From Wallemia ichthyophaga EXF-994 (lineage: Eukaryota > Fungi > Basidiomycota), in contig NW_008806282.1 of assembly GCF_000400465.1 (NCBI RefSeq), positions 206,001 to 268,000 on the forward strand: a DNA stretch of 62,000 nucleotides, given 5' to 3'. A program made the translations under genes and the position numbers. Position 1 is the stretch's first letter, and each line of letters opens with the position of its first letter. Positions 37,049 through 49,822 of the stretch are shown here, one piece after another. Under the pieces are notes generated by a model that was not told the DNA's origin, searched no databases, and saw only the letters and a list, made by a program, of their open reading frames with translations.

Positions 37049-38218
37049 TTATCTACTCACCACACCAAAATTTTCAAGATTTCCACTTGAAACCTCCTTC
37101 AAAGTTGGTCTAGGTCCTTTGATTGCGCAGGTGGAGGATTTGTCTTTGGATGTGAGACTATTGTGTACTTCCTTCTCATGTTCATTGAGTGAGCAAATGC
37201 AAGTACCGCCAAACTCAGAAGGCAGATTCTCATCTACTGCCAGCTCCTTCAACGCGTCCTGGTAACCTGTCCCGTGTATCGACACCTTGGAAGCGGTAGC
37301 TTGGTCCATCATTGCCTTTACTACCTTCCAGATAGTGCTAAAGCCAGCTGGAGCATTGATAATAACAATTGGTCCGCTCAATTCGGGGTAGTTGTCCTGT
37401 AAGATCTGTATGATAGACTGAATCCTCCCTCTGATTTTCCAAAACTGGTAGTAGGCGATACCTTTCACGTCCATAACGTTGACTGTCTGAGACACGTGAA
37501 TGCCGCGTGCCTCTTTGCACGCTCTGAAGGTATCTTTTGACAATCTCTCGTTGGAAATGACTTGATTGAGAGTGAATCTTTCAGGCGATATTTTGGTGAA
37601 GAGAGCTGATGCATCAAGCCTCCCAAACTGCTGGTAGTAAATAGGTCTTCCGAGCTGTATAGTGTGAGCCGAAAGACATCTTGAATCATAGTGTAATCAC
37701 CTTATCTGTTTTGTGAAAGAACTGGATCCTGTGAGTAAGTAAAGCACTTCGAATCTAACATCATACCTGGGGATACCACCTAAGCGTTCGCGTTCGCGTC
37801 AGCAACGTCTTTCGACTTCATCTGCCCACATACTCATCTAAAGCACCCTTTTCCTCTTTTGTGAGCTCGAACGTCTCCGTGAGCTCGTCGATATTGAAAT
37901 CCTTTCTCCACTTGAGATAATCACTATCATCAATCAATTACAGTCCCTAATGACTAAAGTACCCACCTAAACATCTTCTCTGTTTCATCCAAGTCCCATT
38001 TACGAGCTTGAAGAAAGCGACTTATGCTGTTAGATGGAGAATTATATGTACTCATCAACCCACACGAATTCATTGTCGTCGTGTGTCAAGGTGCCGTCAC
38101 TCCATTGAGACGATTTGGCGTCTTCAGGGATTCTATCTTTGAATTGACTGAGTAGCCTGATCTGCTCATCATTTATATCGTACGATGTCGTGTTAACATT
38201 TGGAGCATTGTCGGTCAT
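37049..38218 (-). CDS. Sec14/CRAL-TRIO phospholipid transfer protein, many short exons
   Basis: Spliced SRFLQARKWD, WYPQ|FFHKTDK|, RPIYYQQFG, QDNYPE and IVIINAPAGFSTIWKVVK...LPSEFGG. Confidence 0.85.
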
Positions 38219-38281
38219 ACTATCAAACCAAGATGATCGATTAAGCGGATGAAGATATAAATATTATTATTTTAGCATTCT

Positions 38282-41070
38282 TTACAGTACATTGTCTACT
38301 TCTATAGGTTGTGACAGGAGATATTCCATTGTAAATCCGTTTTCTTCGCATCTGCTTCGAGTCAGTTGGTTCCTCCTCTTGGCGCTCTAAACTTACAACG
38401 CGGTGACATCCTTCTGCCAATCGATTAGACCTTTCTGCACGCTTCTCAAAGGCGTAGCGAATTCTATCTGGCGTGAACGCAACGTCCTGCCGTGGAAAGT
38501 CAAAAGCGAGGATACCCAGAGCAAGTCGAACTCGAGGTGAACGCTTCGCTCCATGTGCTTTCCAATGAATGAAACCAGCTTATCGACATATACTAGCGGT
38601 AATTGCTTCACAATCAACCTTATCTCAACTGGTGGAGTGCTAGTGTAAACCATCTCGATAATCTTTTCGTCATTCAATCTGAACGCCATTATCAATCCCA
38701 CCAAATAGTCGCCCTTCTTGACCGTCTTTGTGACGCTCTCCGGCGTCAGATCAATGTCCAAATCGAATGGATCGAATAGAGCACTCTCATCGAGCGAGTA
38801 TACGATCAACCCATCAGTAGATGCAGCCGACCATGTGCGGCCTGTCGGCGAGACCTTGACGCTCTTTGTTCTTATTTCAGGTCTGTACTTGCGCCTTGAC
38901 AAGTCCCCACCTTGTGCGCCAGGCAGCGAGTGATCCAGGCGATCTTCTAAGTCACTCTCATCACCTTGAATACCATTACTGATGTTGGTTCCATCTTCCA
39001 ATTGCAATCTACTGTCCAAGAACTCTTGCGTTCCATCCAGAGACAGATTATCGGAGATTTGAAACTTCTTCAAGGCTACGCCTTCTTTCACATCATAAAG
39101 CAACACGTATTTACTGTTACCGCCTGCCAGTATATAGTTACCATCAGCAGTGTAACACAAGCTGTTAAAGCTCTTTCCAGACGAGTTGTTATTAGCTGTG
39201 ATTCGGTCATCTTGCTTGCGACCTCCAGATACGTCTTTGCGACCTTCAATCACACCAGTCTGCTTGTCATCTTCTAAAGACCAGAACTGTATTTGACCGT
39301 CAAGGGTGGATGTAGCCAACTCTTTACCGTCTGGTCTGAACACCACAGTCAAGGCATCAGAGTTGATTGAGTAGGGTTCAACAGTTCTAGCTCTTCTGAA
39401 AATATCCCATACTCTGATTGTTCTATCCCACGAGGAAGATGCTAATTGAGCGCCGCCTGGTCCGAATGAAAGTCCAGAGACGGGACCTTCATGTCCTGAC
39501 ATGACATCCATTAGCTTGCCGGTCTGTACAGACCACAAGAAGATTTCGAATGTGTCGATTGATCCTGCAGCCAAAACCTCACCCGACTCATCTACTGTCA
39601 TTGAGCTAAACTGGGTTGGGGAAGGTGATGTGAATGTTCTGAAGTTTCTGTAGCGTATCAAATCATATGCACGGACAGTTCCATCTAAAGAGGCAGAGAA
39701 AAGAACTTTTCCTTGCTTGGCGAATTCTACTTGTGAGATGGCTGCACTGTGGTCGCTAAATGTGACAGTACAAAAGCCTGATGATAGATTCCACAATTTC
39801 ACTTTACCATCATCACCACCGGTTGCAACCAGCTGGCCGTCAGGTGCGTAAGATACAGTGTTCATGTCCGAATAATGACCTTGTTGCTTGAGGACGTAGC
39901 TTTCTGATTGCCACTCCCACACTAACAATTGACCCAACTTCTTGGCACCGAATGCCAACCACTCTCCCGAAGGATTGATGTCTACGGAAGTGACCTTCTC
40001 CTGCGAAATAGACAATGTGTGTAAATTGGTGAATGATGGCAGCTCCCATAGACCAAAAACACCGGTGCTAAACCCGACGACGAGGAGGGAGCTTTTTTGG
40101 TGGAATGTTGAGCAAACGACTCTGGTTGCGGGCATGTTGAAGTAGTGTCTGGAAGAAACGCCCCATCTGGTGTCAGCAATACGTCTACTTTCATCCACGT
40201 TAGTATCGTTATTGCTGCTGCTGTCACTGTCGCTGTCTTCTTCGCTGTCTTCACTGGAGGACTCATCTTCAGATGGCTTTGCGGTCCATACGAATACAGC
40301 GCCATCTCTGGACACAGTATAGATAGACTTGCTGTCTTTTGAGAAGTAAGCGTTAACGACTCTGTCTTTATGTCCTGAGAGCGTTTTTGGCCTAAAGCCT
40401 GGCAAGGTGTCAAGAGTAAAGAGCCTGGCAGTCATATCATAGCTGCAGGTAACAAAGAATCTTGAGCAGGGCGACCAAGTGATTGATGTGACAGAGTCGA
40501 AATGGCCCGTGTAGGTTCTAAACAGGACCATTGGGGCAAACTCCCTGATCAAGAACGAGGGCGCTCTCCAAACCTGCACATGGCTTCCGTGGGTGACGGC
40601 CAGGAACTTGCCATCGGGGGAAAAACATAAGTCTTTGACGGGCTTCTTGAAGTTGTGGTGGTGGAGAATTGTACGACGTTTGGCGTTGATGAGCAGCGCT
40701 CTTCCGTCTGCTGAGTATGAGTGTGTGCGCTCTAGAGAAGCAGATGCCCTCACCGTCGTCGACTGTGACCAATATCCTGCCATCTGGACTCAAAGCAATT
40801 CTAGCGATGTTCTTCCTGTTCTCGCAAGGGAACGTGAACGAGTTGTTGCTGGGCTTTGTTAGGCGGCTTATAGACGCAGTAACCAACTCACTTGACTAGA
40901 TCGAAGCTGCTAACGCGGTTGCCCACCGGACTGAGGACGCTGTTGCCATCCTGCGTGAAGACGACGTTTCCCTGTCTATACACGGTACCGCATAGGTTAG
41001 AGAACTGTGGGCATCGTTAGCAGATTCATTTCAGCGTACTTGTACCGCCTACATTAAAATTACTCCTCAT
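38282..41070 (-). CDS. PWP2: Periodic tryptophan protein 2 (SSU processome WD40 protein)
   Basis: MRSNFN|FSNLCGTVYRQGNV, QLLVWEWQSESYVLKQQGH, VRAYDLIRYRNFRTF, IEGRKDVSGGR and FDPFDLDIDLTP. Confidence 0.95.
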
Positions 41071-41332
41071 GGTGGCTTATCAAGATGCAATTAGGCTGCA
41101 GACAGCCATTTGAGTAAAATATTTGTACATTCAGTTGGAATATCAATACTGCATGTCGTGCAACACCGCGCTCGTGTGTACTCGTCACTGAAAATCTGTA
41201 TTATATGATAACGACGCAGAGGTTGCTTGGAAACGCACAGAGCATAAAAACATCCAGTACTTTACATCATCTCTCGCTAAATAAAACCCAAGGTGACTTA
41301 CAACCAAACTTATCTCTTAGACAATAACAGCG

Positions 41333-43442
41333 ATGACGTTTGGACTGAGAAATGGTCGGCGGTATTTAATGTATAGTGTTCCTGTAGTAGCACTGCCAGT
41401 AGCGTATTATTCATTGCCGAAGCGTCGGCTGTCTCAATCATCTCCGCGGATCTATCAGCCACAGATACCAACTCCAACGCGAAGATCCCCGCTGAAAACG
41501 TATATAACTGAACCCATTTTCACTCTCAGGCGGCTTATTTGGCTGTGTGTACTATTCGTGCCAGTCGTCGCGTCTGTACCGCTACTCTGGATAAATTCGA
41601 CGCTCTGGTACCGGATTCTAACGAAGCAAATGTCAAGAGCTGGCCCTACATTTATCAAGGTTGGTCCTGTCCAACTTTATGAGTACCTTTAACCATTCTC
41701 TAGCTTGGTCAATGGGCGGCTTCTCGCACTGATCTATTCTCACCACAATTATGTCATATATTAGGTCGCCTGCACTCAGCAGCACACCCTCACACAATCA
41801 CCCACACGCATAAGGTCCTCACATCTACCTACTCGCACGCAGACTCGCTCAAAGACATATTTGAAGAATTCGATGAGAAACCCATTGGGTGTGGTGCTAT
41901 CGCCCAAGTTTATAGGGGGAAACTACGTGAACATCTTATACCAAGTGACTGGAGAGTCGCGAACCAGCATGAAGAAGACAGCTGGTTAGTCGCATCTATC
42001 ACAAAAGCCCTCAACAACTTGCAGACTCGCAACGATGACATACCGCGTCAAGATCTCATTACTGCGTCAAGACACGTTGCTGTCAAGGTGATACACCGTG
42101 GGTTTGATGCTAATAATTGTTAATCTATCTTACATATCTCAAAAGCAAATGTAACAGAGCTTATCGAGCGCGATCTAGCTATATTGTATTTCGGCGCCTC
42201 TGCCCTGTCGCTTCTTCCGGGGATGAAATGGCTATCTCTTCCAGAGGAGGTCACTGTATTTGGTAGTCTAATGCGCTCACAGCTTAATCTAAGCGTCGAA
42301 GCCTACAATTTGGCGAGATTTGAAGACAATTTCAGAGAGCGCAGAGGTGCTGCTAGCTTTCCAAAACCTGTCTTCTCGTTATGTGCAAAAGATGTTCTGG
42401 TAGAAGAATTCGAAGAGGCTCTCCCACTCAAGACATTCCTCAAGTTCGGTGGAGGCGGTTTTGAAGAGCGCATAGCCGGTTTGGGTTTGGATGCCTTTTT
42501 GGTGGGTACTGAATTTTATTCACGCAGCTTATTAATCTCCCACAGAATATGCTTTTAATAGACAATTTCGCACACGCCGATCTTCATCCTGGCAACATAT
42601 ACATCAAGTTCTACAAGCCAACTTCCATCGATCTTATCAAGAACATTTTCTCGTCGTTGATATCAAGACCTCGCTCAACTACTGACCTCACGACCAACGA
42701 TACATCGAAAGAAGTGATGAAAACTCTTCTCCCGCTTGCCAGGCGAATAAACAAAAACGAGAAGGATGAAGAGAGTGTGAATGAATGGTCTAACAAGCTC
42801 AAGAAGCTCAATGAGGATGGGTTTCAACCAGAGATTGTTTTTTTGGATACAGGCCTGATTACTGAACTCGACGACAAAAACCGTGGTAATTTTTTGGAGC
42901 TATTCCAAGCTGTCTCTCATTTTGACGGTTATCGCGTCGGACAACTCATGATCGAAAGATCTCGATCTCCCGAGCTAGCGACGGACAAGGAAACTTTCGC
43001 ACTTAAGATGCAGCACATAGTGCTGGGGGTGAAGAGCAAGACATTTTCGCTAGCAAGGATCAGGCTATCGGAGGTGCTCTCACATGTTCTGTCAAGTGTG
43101 CGCGAACACCACGTCAAGATGGAGGCTGATTTCGTTAATACGGTACTGTCTATTCTTTTGCTTGAAGGTATCGGTCGTCAGCTTGATCCTAACATGGACC
43201 TATTTAAGGCCGCTATACCGATTCTGCGTCAGTTGGGCAAGAAAGTCGGCACTTCTGGCAGCTATGCACAGGTCGATAAGGGTAACCTTGGTGCCATGTT
43301 AAAGGTAAGCATATTGAATTTGGTTTGATTACATATTAACAACCCCCAGCTCTGGGTATGGATGGAAGCACGTGAATTCGTTTCAAGTGTCAACGAAATG
43401 GACGAATGTATCCGGTACGACTGGCTTAGCCCGAACATATAG
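41333..43442 (+). CDS. ABC1/UbiB atypical kinase, ADCK2/YPL109C(CQD1)-like
   Basis: Motifs AGPTFIK|LGQWAASR.DLF, GCGAIAQVY, VAVKV, MLLIDNFAHADLHPGNI, LDTGL and GRQLDP..DLF. Confidence 0.85.
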
Positions 43443-43743
43443 TTTGTAATATACATATAACTTGAACAATTGCAATTAGGCCCGCATTTAAAGCGTGTGG
43501 ATCACCTCAACTTGTCAAAATATGTTTGCTATCACGATTGTCAACCTTGATAGTGACAAGCAATATAGGGATGACAGGGCCATTGAATAGTTCTTTCTAT
43601 AACTTTAGCAAAATACAACATTGAGCATGAATCAATTGAATATAAACTGCTCAAGGTACCCTGCAAGTGATCAAGTAAGTGAGAAGACGAACACAGAGAT
43701 ACCATCTGACAATTTGAACAAACTAGCCATGCTATCAGTTTCA

Positions 43744-44602
43744 TAGCACTTTCAGCATTCCAAATACATTATCAACTAAACCTTCCGCTCAATATCCACC
43801 GAGTTGAATTTCTTGGCTACCACTGACCTCAAATGGCTCTTACGACTTTTGATGATCTCCAAATAAACGTGCTCCGTTAGTAATTCTGGCTGATAGTGAT
43901 ATGATTTTGCCAAATTTATATCCCTGGCGCTCCAAATCGCGCCTCGCACATTGATCGGAAGCAATGATCCACAATCTCTCTGGAGCATGCAGCAGGATAA
44001 TAAAGAAAGGTCACTCAAACTTTGTCGGTAGCTGCAACGTATTTTGACTTACAAGTGCTCATATATCACAATGATTCGGCTCTATAAACGCGTTTTACTT
44101 TTTTCCGGCACATTGCGTCTACAGGACTCAACAATGCTGGCTGCAGGAAAAAAATATTGTGATTCCGTATCATCGCATGCTTATTTAATGCAACTCATTC
44201 AAAGTAAAGGGGAGGTCAGCCCAATTCTGAAATCGGGGGTTTTGCTCGACCAGGTGCGTGCGTTTCAAGATATCAAATAATGGTGGGTGTGAAATCGATT
44301 AAGGCTGATTTGACATTTTGAAGGCATGACAGTTTGGATGTTAATTTTTTTAATCCAAAACACTCTAAAAGAAACATGCCACATCTATCTGGACTAGTAC
44401 AGGGCGCCAGACAGCGCTTTTCGCGATAATTTCACTGTTGAATTAATAGCAAACAAATTACCACAGAATGATATAAATTTGACTCAATTTTCATTGATCA
44501 CATTGCTTCTTCTTGGACATAATGAGTTGTGAATTAGTTGGTGAATAATGTGTGATTTGTCTTGTGGAAGATTAACATTGTTGATTCAGTATGTTTGTTG
44601 AT
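43744..44602. repeat. Copy A of the diverged dispersed repeat, inverted relative to 19561-20425
   Basis: Anchor-to-anchor spacings are 359/193/84/103/69/30 bp here versus 358/196/84/101/75/30 bp in the other copy. Confidence 0.8.
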
Positions 44603-45145
44603 GTGCTGGTCAGAGATAGATATCACTGCGAGCTCTACCAGTATAGATAAACGTGTATTTGCCACGCTTTAGCGCGTGTCATGCATGCCGATAGCCACGT
44701 GACCAGGAACGAGGATACTCGAGAACCAATTGAGACGAACTAGATGTAAAGAAAACTTTGAAGATAAGTTGATTAGCACATGTGTTTTCGCCGTTAGCCG
44801 CCAGACTAGGAACGACGTAGCGGTGTTCGTGAAACATAACAAAGGCAAGGCACGAGCCACGTGCTTATCGGCCGTCGCTGTGTTATTTAAGCCGTCCGAC
44901 CTCCTTTCTTCTTTTTCTTGCGGTAAAACGTCTTGAGGGACATGGCAAGGCGGGTATAACGCTTTCCCTGTAAATAGTCTGCGCTACTCGCAGAAAGCTT
45001 TATCTCCACTCGTTCAACACTCACCTTCGACTAAGCGCAGGAAGTCGGTTAAAAGTCCGCTTTGAGTGATATTCATAGCATTTGCTCTCCTTCCTCACTC
45101 CGTCTCTCAATCTAACCTCAACCACCAAGACGAGACAGTCCTCAG

Positions 45146-47931
45146 ATGTTCTTCCGAACGGCTGCAATCTGCGCCGTCGCATGGGCAGTGGCTATAATTA
45201 TACTAAAATCCAATCATGCTGAAAGCGCATGTAGAATGGCTTACATGAATCCCAAATATATACCCCATCCTTTCGTCGACTCAAAGTACGGATTGTATCT
45301 TTATAGAGACAAGCATTGGAACGTCGGTGATAGTATAACGGTAGGTAGCAACATAACGTTCCTAATATATCTCCTGATAACTTGTTCTAGCCAGATGGTA
45401 TACCGGTGCTATTCATTCCCGGAAATGCTGGCTCTTATAAACAAGGTCGGTCGATAGCAGCTGAGATATCCAAGCAATACCATATCGACTACAATCGACC
45501 CAATCATGATCTCGCATCTCAAAATATACCACTGCCTGATCTATGGACAGGTGAGCATGCGCCTTCAGAGTGAGGCCGCGATAACACTTTACTAGTCGAT
45601 TTCAAGGAAGAACTGTCAGCATTCCATGCTGGCTTGGTGCGGCGGCAGGCTGAGTATTGTCGAAGTGCAGTGGACTACATTCTGTCACAATACGCAGGCC
45701 AATCACATCCACCAGAATCAGTTATCGTAATAGCGCATTCGATGGGAGGAGTCGTTGCCAGGGAGATGTTCCACTTGACTGATTACAGACAAGGCTCGAT
45801 AGACCTCTTGTTGACACTAAGCTCGCCAAACGCCATCCCACCAACTCCGTTTTCGAGAAGCATGAGTAGCTTGTTTGGTAATAACTTGAGCAAACACACG
45901 GAAATTGCCATCAGTGGAGGATCAGCTGATTCACTGTTACCAGCCGACGTTACGTACGCTCCCATCTCCCAAAACTCATTAAGCGTGCTATCTACGACCA
46001 TACCAGGGGTCTGGGCGCCGATATCTCATCAGGCGATTGTGTGGTGTGATCAGCTGAGAAGGAAAATAGCAAGAGGTGTGTTACTTTCCGTCGACAGTAG
46101 CAAATCTTCGAAATTGAAAAGCAGGGAGAGCCTTATGGAGGTCTGGAAAGGCTTGCTCGTTGGGATTTCTAACATACCTGATACCGTTGGCTTGTTTGAT
46201 GTCGATCTCAATGCTACAGTGGCATATGGTGCATATACAACCGCAGACATCGGCTCTGATAGGACAGCTTGGTCGCTAGGTAGGCCACCGCCACACTCGG
46301 TGACCGGAGATAAGGCGCCAATCGTGAGGCTTGTCACTAGCCTCACCCCTGAGCCCCCATACAAAGACTTTGGTCAGTACGAATCACCCATCCAAGTGCT
46401 GGCTTGTCAGGAAATCAAACCACTTAAACGATGCAGGCATCTGCCAATAAGAGATTCCGTAACTCTGCCATATTTACACAGAGACACGCAATGGTTGCCT
46501 GTCCGACATGGCGCCGACGAAGACCACACTATGTATCTGTTAGACGCAGACACAGATACTCTGGATGACAACGAGAGCGTGGTACTGTTTAGAAATGGAA
46601 AAGACGGAAAGAGGCACTGGATTACCTCCCAGTTCGCACCCGCTGACGAAGAGATCGTTATTGGTGGATCACTTACACGCATGTTATTCTCATCAGTTCC
46701 TCTTCTCGAGCAAAATCATGGGATAATGGCATTAAGAAGGAGATATAAATTAATTAATGCACCGTCTACTTCGCTAGTAGTGTACAGAATCGATGCTAAG
46801 CAGTCGACGTGTGTGTCGACGCAATTCAACAACAAAGAGCTATTTCAACCGCTGCTTAGACACGTTGTTGGATCTTTAAAAGGAATCGAAGAGACTTACC
46901 ATCCAGACCTCAATGGAAGAATTGCAATTGAGTCACATCTTTCACAATCACCCTACCTAATCGCTGACGCGAAATCGAACAAGACTGAGCTCATCTTTGA
47001 GGTTTTTGCGGACACTTCCAGTACCGAATCATGCTATCCATTACAGGAACTCTCGGTCAGTGTGGATATTCTAGCTAGTATTTCCAAGTGGGGTACCCGC
47101 TATCGATCGGCATTAGTGGGATTTGCGTTGGGGATTTGGTGTGTCGCATTTAGACGGCAATTACAATCACTGGATTTGACGGGTGCATCAATCACCCTTC
47201 TCGAATCATTAACGGTAGCATTTCCACGTGAGATTTTAGCATTCTGCTTCATAATGGTAGGAAGTGTATTGGCTAGCTCATTATACGCAAAATTCAGCTT
47301 ATATTTCGTTGGATTACATGACCCCAAGCTGTGTTTCGTCGGCCCTATCCTTCTCTTAGCATCATATGGTTTAATCAGTGGAGTCACTGTGGCAATTACA
47401 GGATTCAGCGCAATTCTCTCTTTCACTAGACTACACATACCCAAATTTAAGATAAGTCGGAAAAGAGAACTGGGTTTGATGTTGACTACAGCTGCTATCA
47501 CTCTATTAATACCACAACAGGTAATGCTGAGTCTCATTGGAATATACACGCTATTAACCGATAATTCAACACCTCTCGCTCTTTCTATACGAGTCTTGGT
47601 AGTCTTACTAGCACCATTTTACATACCAGTAACTGTGGTCTGGCTAAAAGATCCGTTGATGAGCTCATTTGGGGTTGATTTTGAAGATCATAATCCATTA
47701 CCTATTTTACCAATCGTCTGGATTGTTTTACACGTACAGTCTTGCAATGCTATACGGAAGCACAGAACGACCGACAGATTGGTTTGGTGGATAGAGAACA
47801 GCGTATTTGTCACATTTGCATTGTCTTCACTTGCATTCAGTGGAAGATATGCGTACATTTTATATGAAGGGATGTGTATCTTACTGGCAATTCTGTCTTA
47901 CACGCGTTATTTTAATTGTAAAACAGAATGA
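45146..47931 (+). CDS. BST1: GPI inositol-deacylase (PGAP1/Bst1)
   Basis: Signal anchor, [28 protein letters not shown], lipase motif [15 protein letters not shown] and multiple C-terminal TM helices. Confidence 0.88.
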
Positions 47932-47985
47932 ATGGAACAGGAAAATGACTGTATAAATAGTTTTTAAAGTGTATTTGAACGCAGC

Positions 47986-49565
47986 TTAGTCGTGCAATGG
48001 AGTATTTGATCTTGATCTGGATCTGGATCTTGAGACTGATCTTGATCTTGATCTGCTTGTCGATCTGCCTCTGATGTCATTAACTGCAGTTTGATCCATT
48101 GGCTGTTGCTGTTGCGCCATCTGCATAGTCTGCATATTGGTATAGTAAACCCACATGAATGCACAGCTACCTATTTGTTCATTTGAGGGAACGAAACCGA
48201 ATGTCTTCTCGAATGCTTTTCCAGCCAATATCCAAGATTGCGGTTGAGTTGGGTCGAATGCTACCCAATCAAAATTAGATAATGCATCAACAGATTTATT
48301 ATTACTATGACTATGACTATAATTATTGCTACTGTCTGGTGTTGGTGACTTTTGATCCTGCTGATAGCTGTTGTAAGACATGTGATTTGGTTGTGAGTAG
48401 TGTGAGTATGAGTGGGTATTCGAAGGTGAGTTAGTGCTAAAGCTCTCTCTAGAGCTTTCAATTGGTCTCTTTGTTCTTGGATCTATCCTTGGACGCTTAC
48501 CACTATCATAGCTTTGGTTTTGTATGCTCTGTGGTAGACGCGCTGATCTATCTCTGTTCCCATAATCATATCTATCATTGTACCTGTCGTTGTATCTGTC
48601 ATCGTATCTGCTATCGTATCTGTCATTGTTACTTCTGTCCCTCTTCAAGCTACCGCTATCGGATGATGGTGTTTGAGAGTTCTTGTCATCTCTATAAACG
48701 CGCATTAACAAAGACTACTAAGTCAAGTGACTATAACTCACGATGAAGGAATCTTGGAAAGGAATTGAAGGATATTTGCAGGTAAACCTCCATTGCTATC
48801 TCCATCATCCTTTTTGCTTGAAGATTTTGCTGTATCTGAGTGGTTCACAACGTCAATACAGTTAATTTGTATATAATAAGAATTTATGAAAGCACCTTTT
48901 TCTGAAACATTTTTATTACTACTTGACTCATGTCTTGCGTCGAGAGTATCGCGGTCGCTTTGCTTCTGGCTTTCATTAGTTTCGCCGCTGTTGCTCATCT
49001 TATCCATAAGTATTTCAAGCATGGGCTTATTGAATACGGCCATCTGTGACCACATTTTGAGTATCTTAAGATTTTTCTCCTTCAAGGAATTCAATATAAG
49101 TCTGAATAAACTAGAATTACTCTACCTTCAGTTCTTTGTCAAGGTATTTAAGAGATTCGTCGAAGAAATCGACCAAGATGGATTCAATCGCGGAGAGAAA
49201 GTTCTTCCAATTATTTGAATCCCTGTTGCTTTTCTTGATCGCTTTGTGTGCTTGTTGCACCAGCGCATGTAGCGTGTAAAGACTAGAGACCCTCTTGGCT
49301 TTTTTGTCTCTGTGAGTTTCCAAGATGGACGAAGCCATATGTTGAGATCCCATCTTAGGGCAAATCAATTGAGGTTTTCGAGCTGAGCTACCAGACTCAC
49401 GTTAAGGTTTTTGCCGCAGATGTACGATATCCTCTCCACTCTGGTGTTGGACAGTGTCGATCTGTGAATCACTGTTTCTCTCAGCAAGTCGTCGAATTCC
49501 TGTGAATTAAATGATAATAAGCACTAAAGCTTTTGATGGTGCGTTCCCCGTACTTTTAATGACAT
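47986..49565 (-). CDS. CID (Pol II CTD-interacting)-like domain protein with RS-rich tail, multi-exon
   Basis: Spliced N-terminus MSLK|EFDDLLRETV...VERISYIC...KRVSSLYTLHALVQQA resembles fungal CID helical domains. RD/RY repeats and an (RS)n C-terminus follow. Confidence 0.6.
48007..48055. repeat. Imperfect hexamer tandem repeat (GATCTT/GATCTG) encoding the RS dipeptide tail
   Basis: tgatcttgatctggatctggatcttgagactgatcttgatcttgatctg reads SRSRSRSVSRSRSRSRS on the minus strand. Confidence 0.85.
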
Positions 49566-49822
49566 TGAGTTGGTAGTCCAAGATGAAGGAGCTGTTGAGG
49601 TGCGCGAGAAGCTTATAATTTGTGCGGGGAATTCAGATAAAAGTGGTAAAGGCTTGAGAGTCTCTCTATCTCTTTGAATCAGCCAATACATGTTTCTATC
49701 CTCTGCTTAGGTCTCTGCTCCGTGCTAATATCGAGTTCAATTATCATAGGCTTAAAATGTCCTAAAAATCGTCGGAAGAAACGTTGCAAGAGAAATACAT
49801 TTATGTTTAAAGATTAATTTGT

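Noticed and set aside
37973-37983. ACAGAGAAGAT on the minus strand, matching the U6 snRNA core
   Set aside because: It lies inside a SEC14-like coding exon (ETEKMF), and the flanking U6 sequence is absent.
44696-44863. Two CACGTG E-boxes upstream of BST1 (another near 4881)
   Set aside because: Palindromic hexamers occur readily by chance, and there is no CDEII/CDEIII-like context.
44942-44959. Five-codon uORF MARRV upstream of BST1
   Set aside because: It is about 190 bp upstream of the ATG and probably outside the transcript; nothing else supports it.
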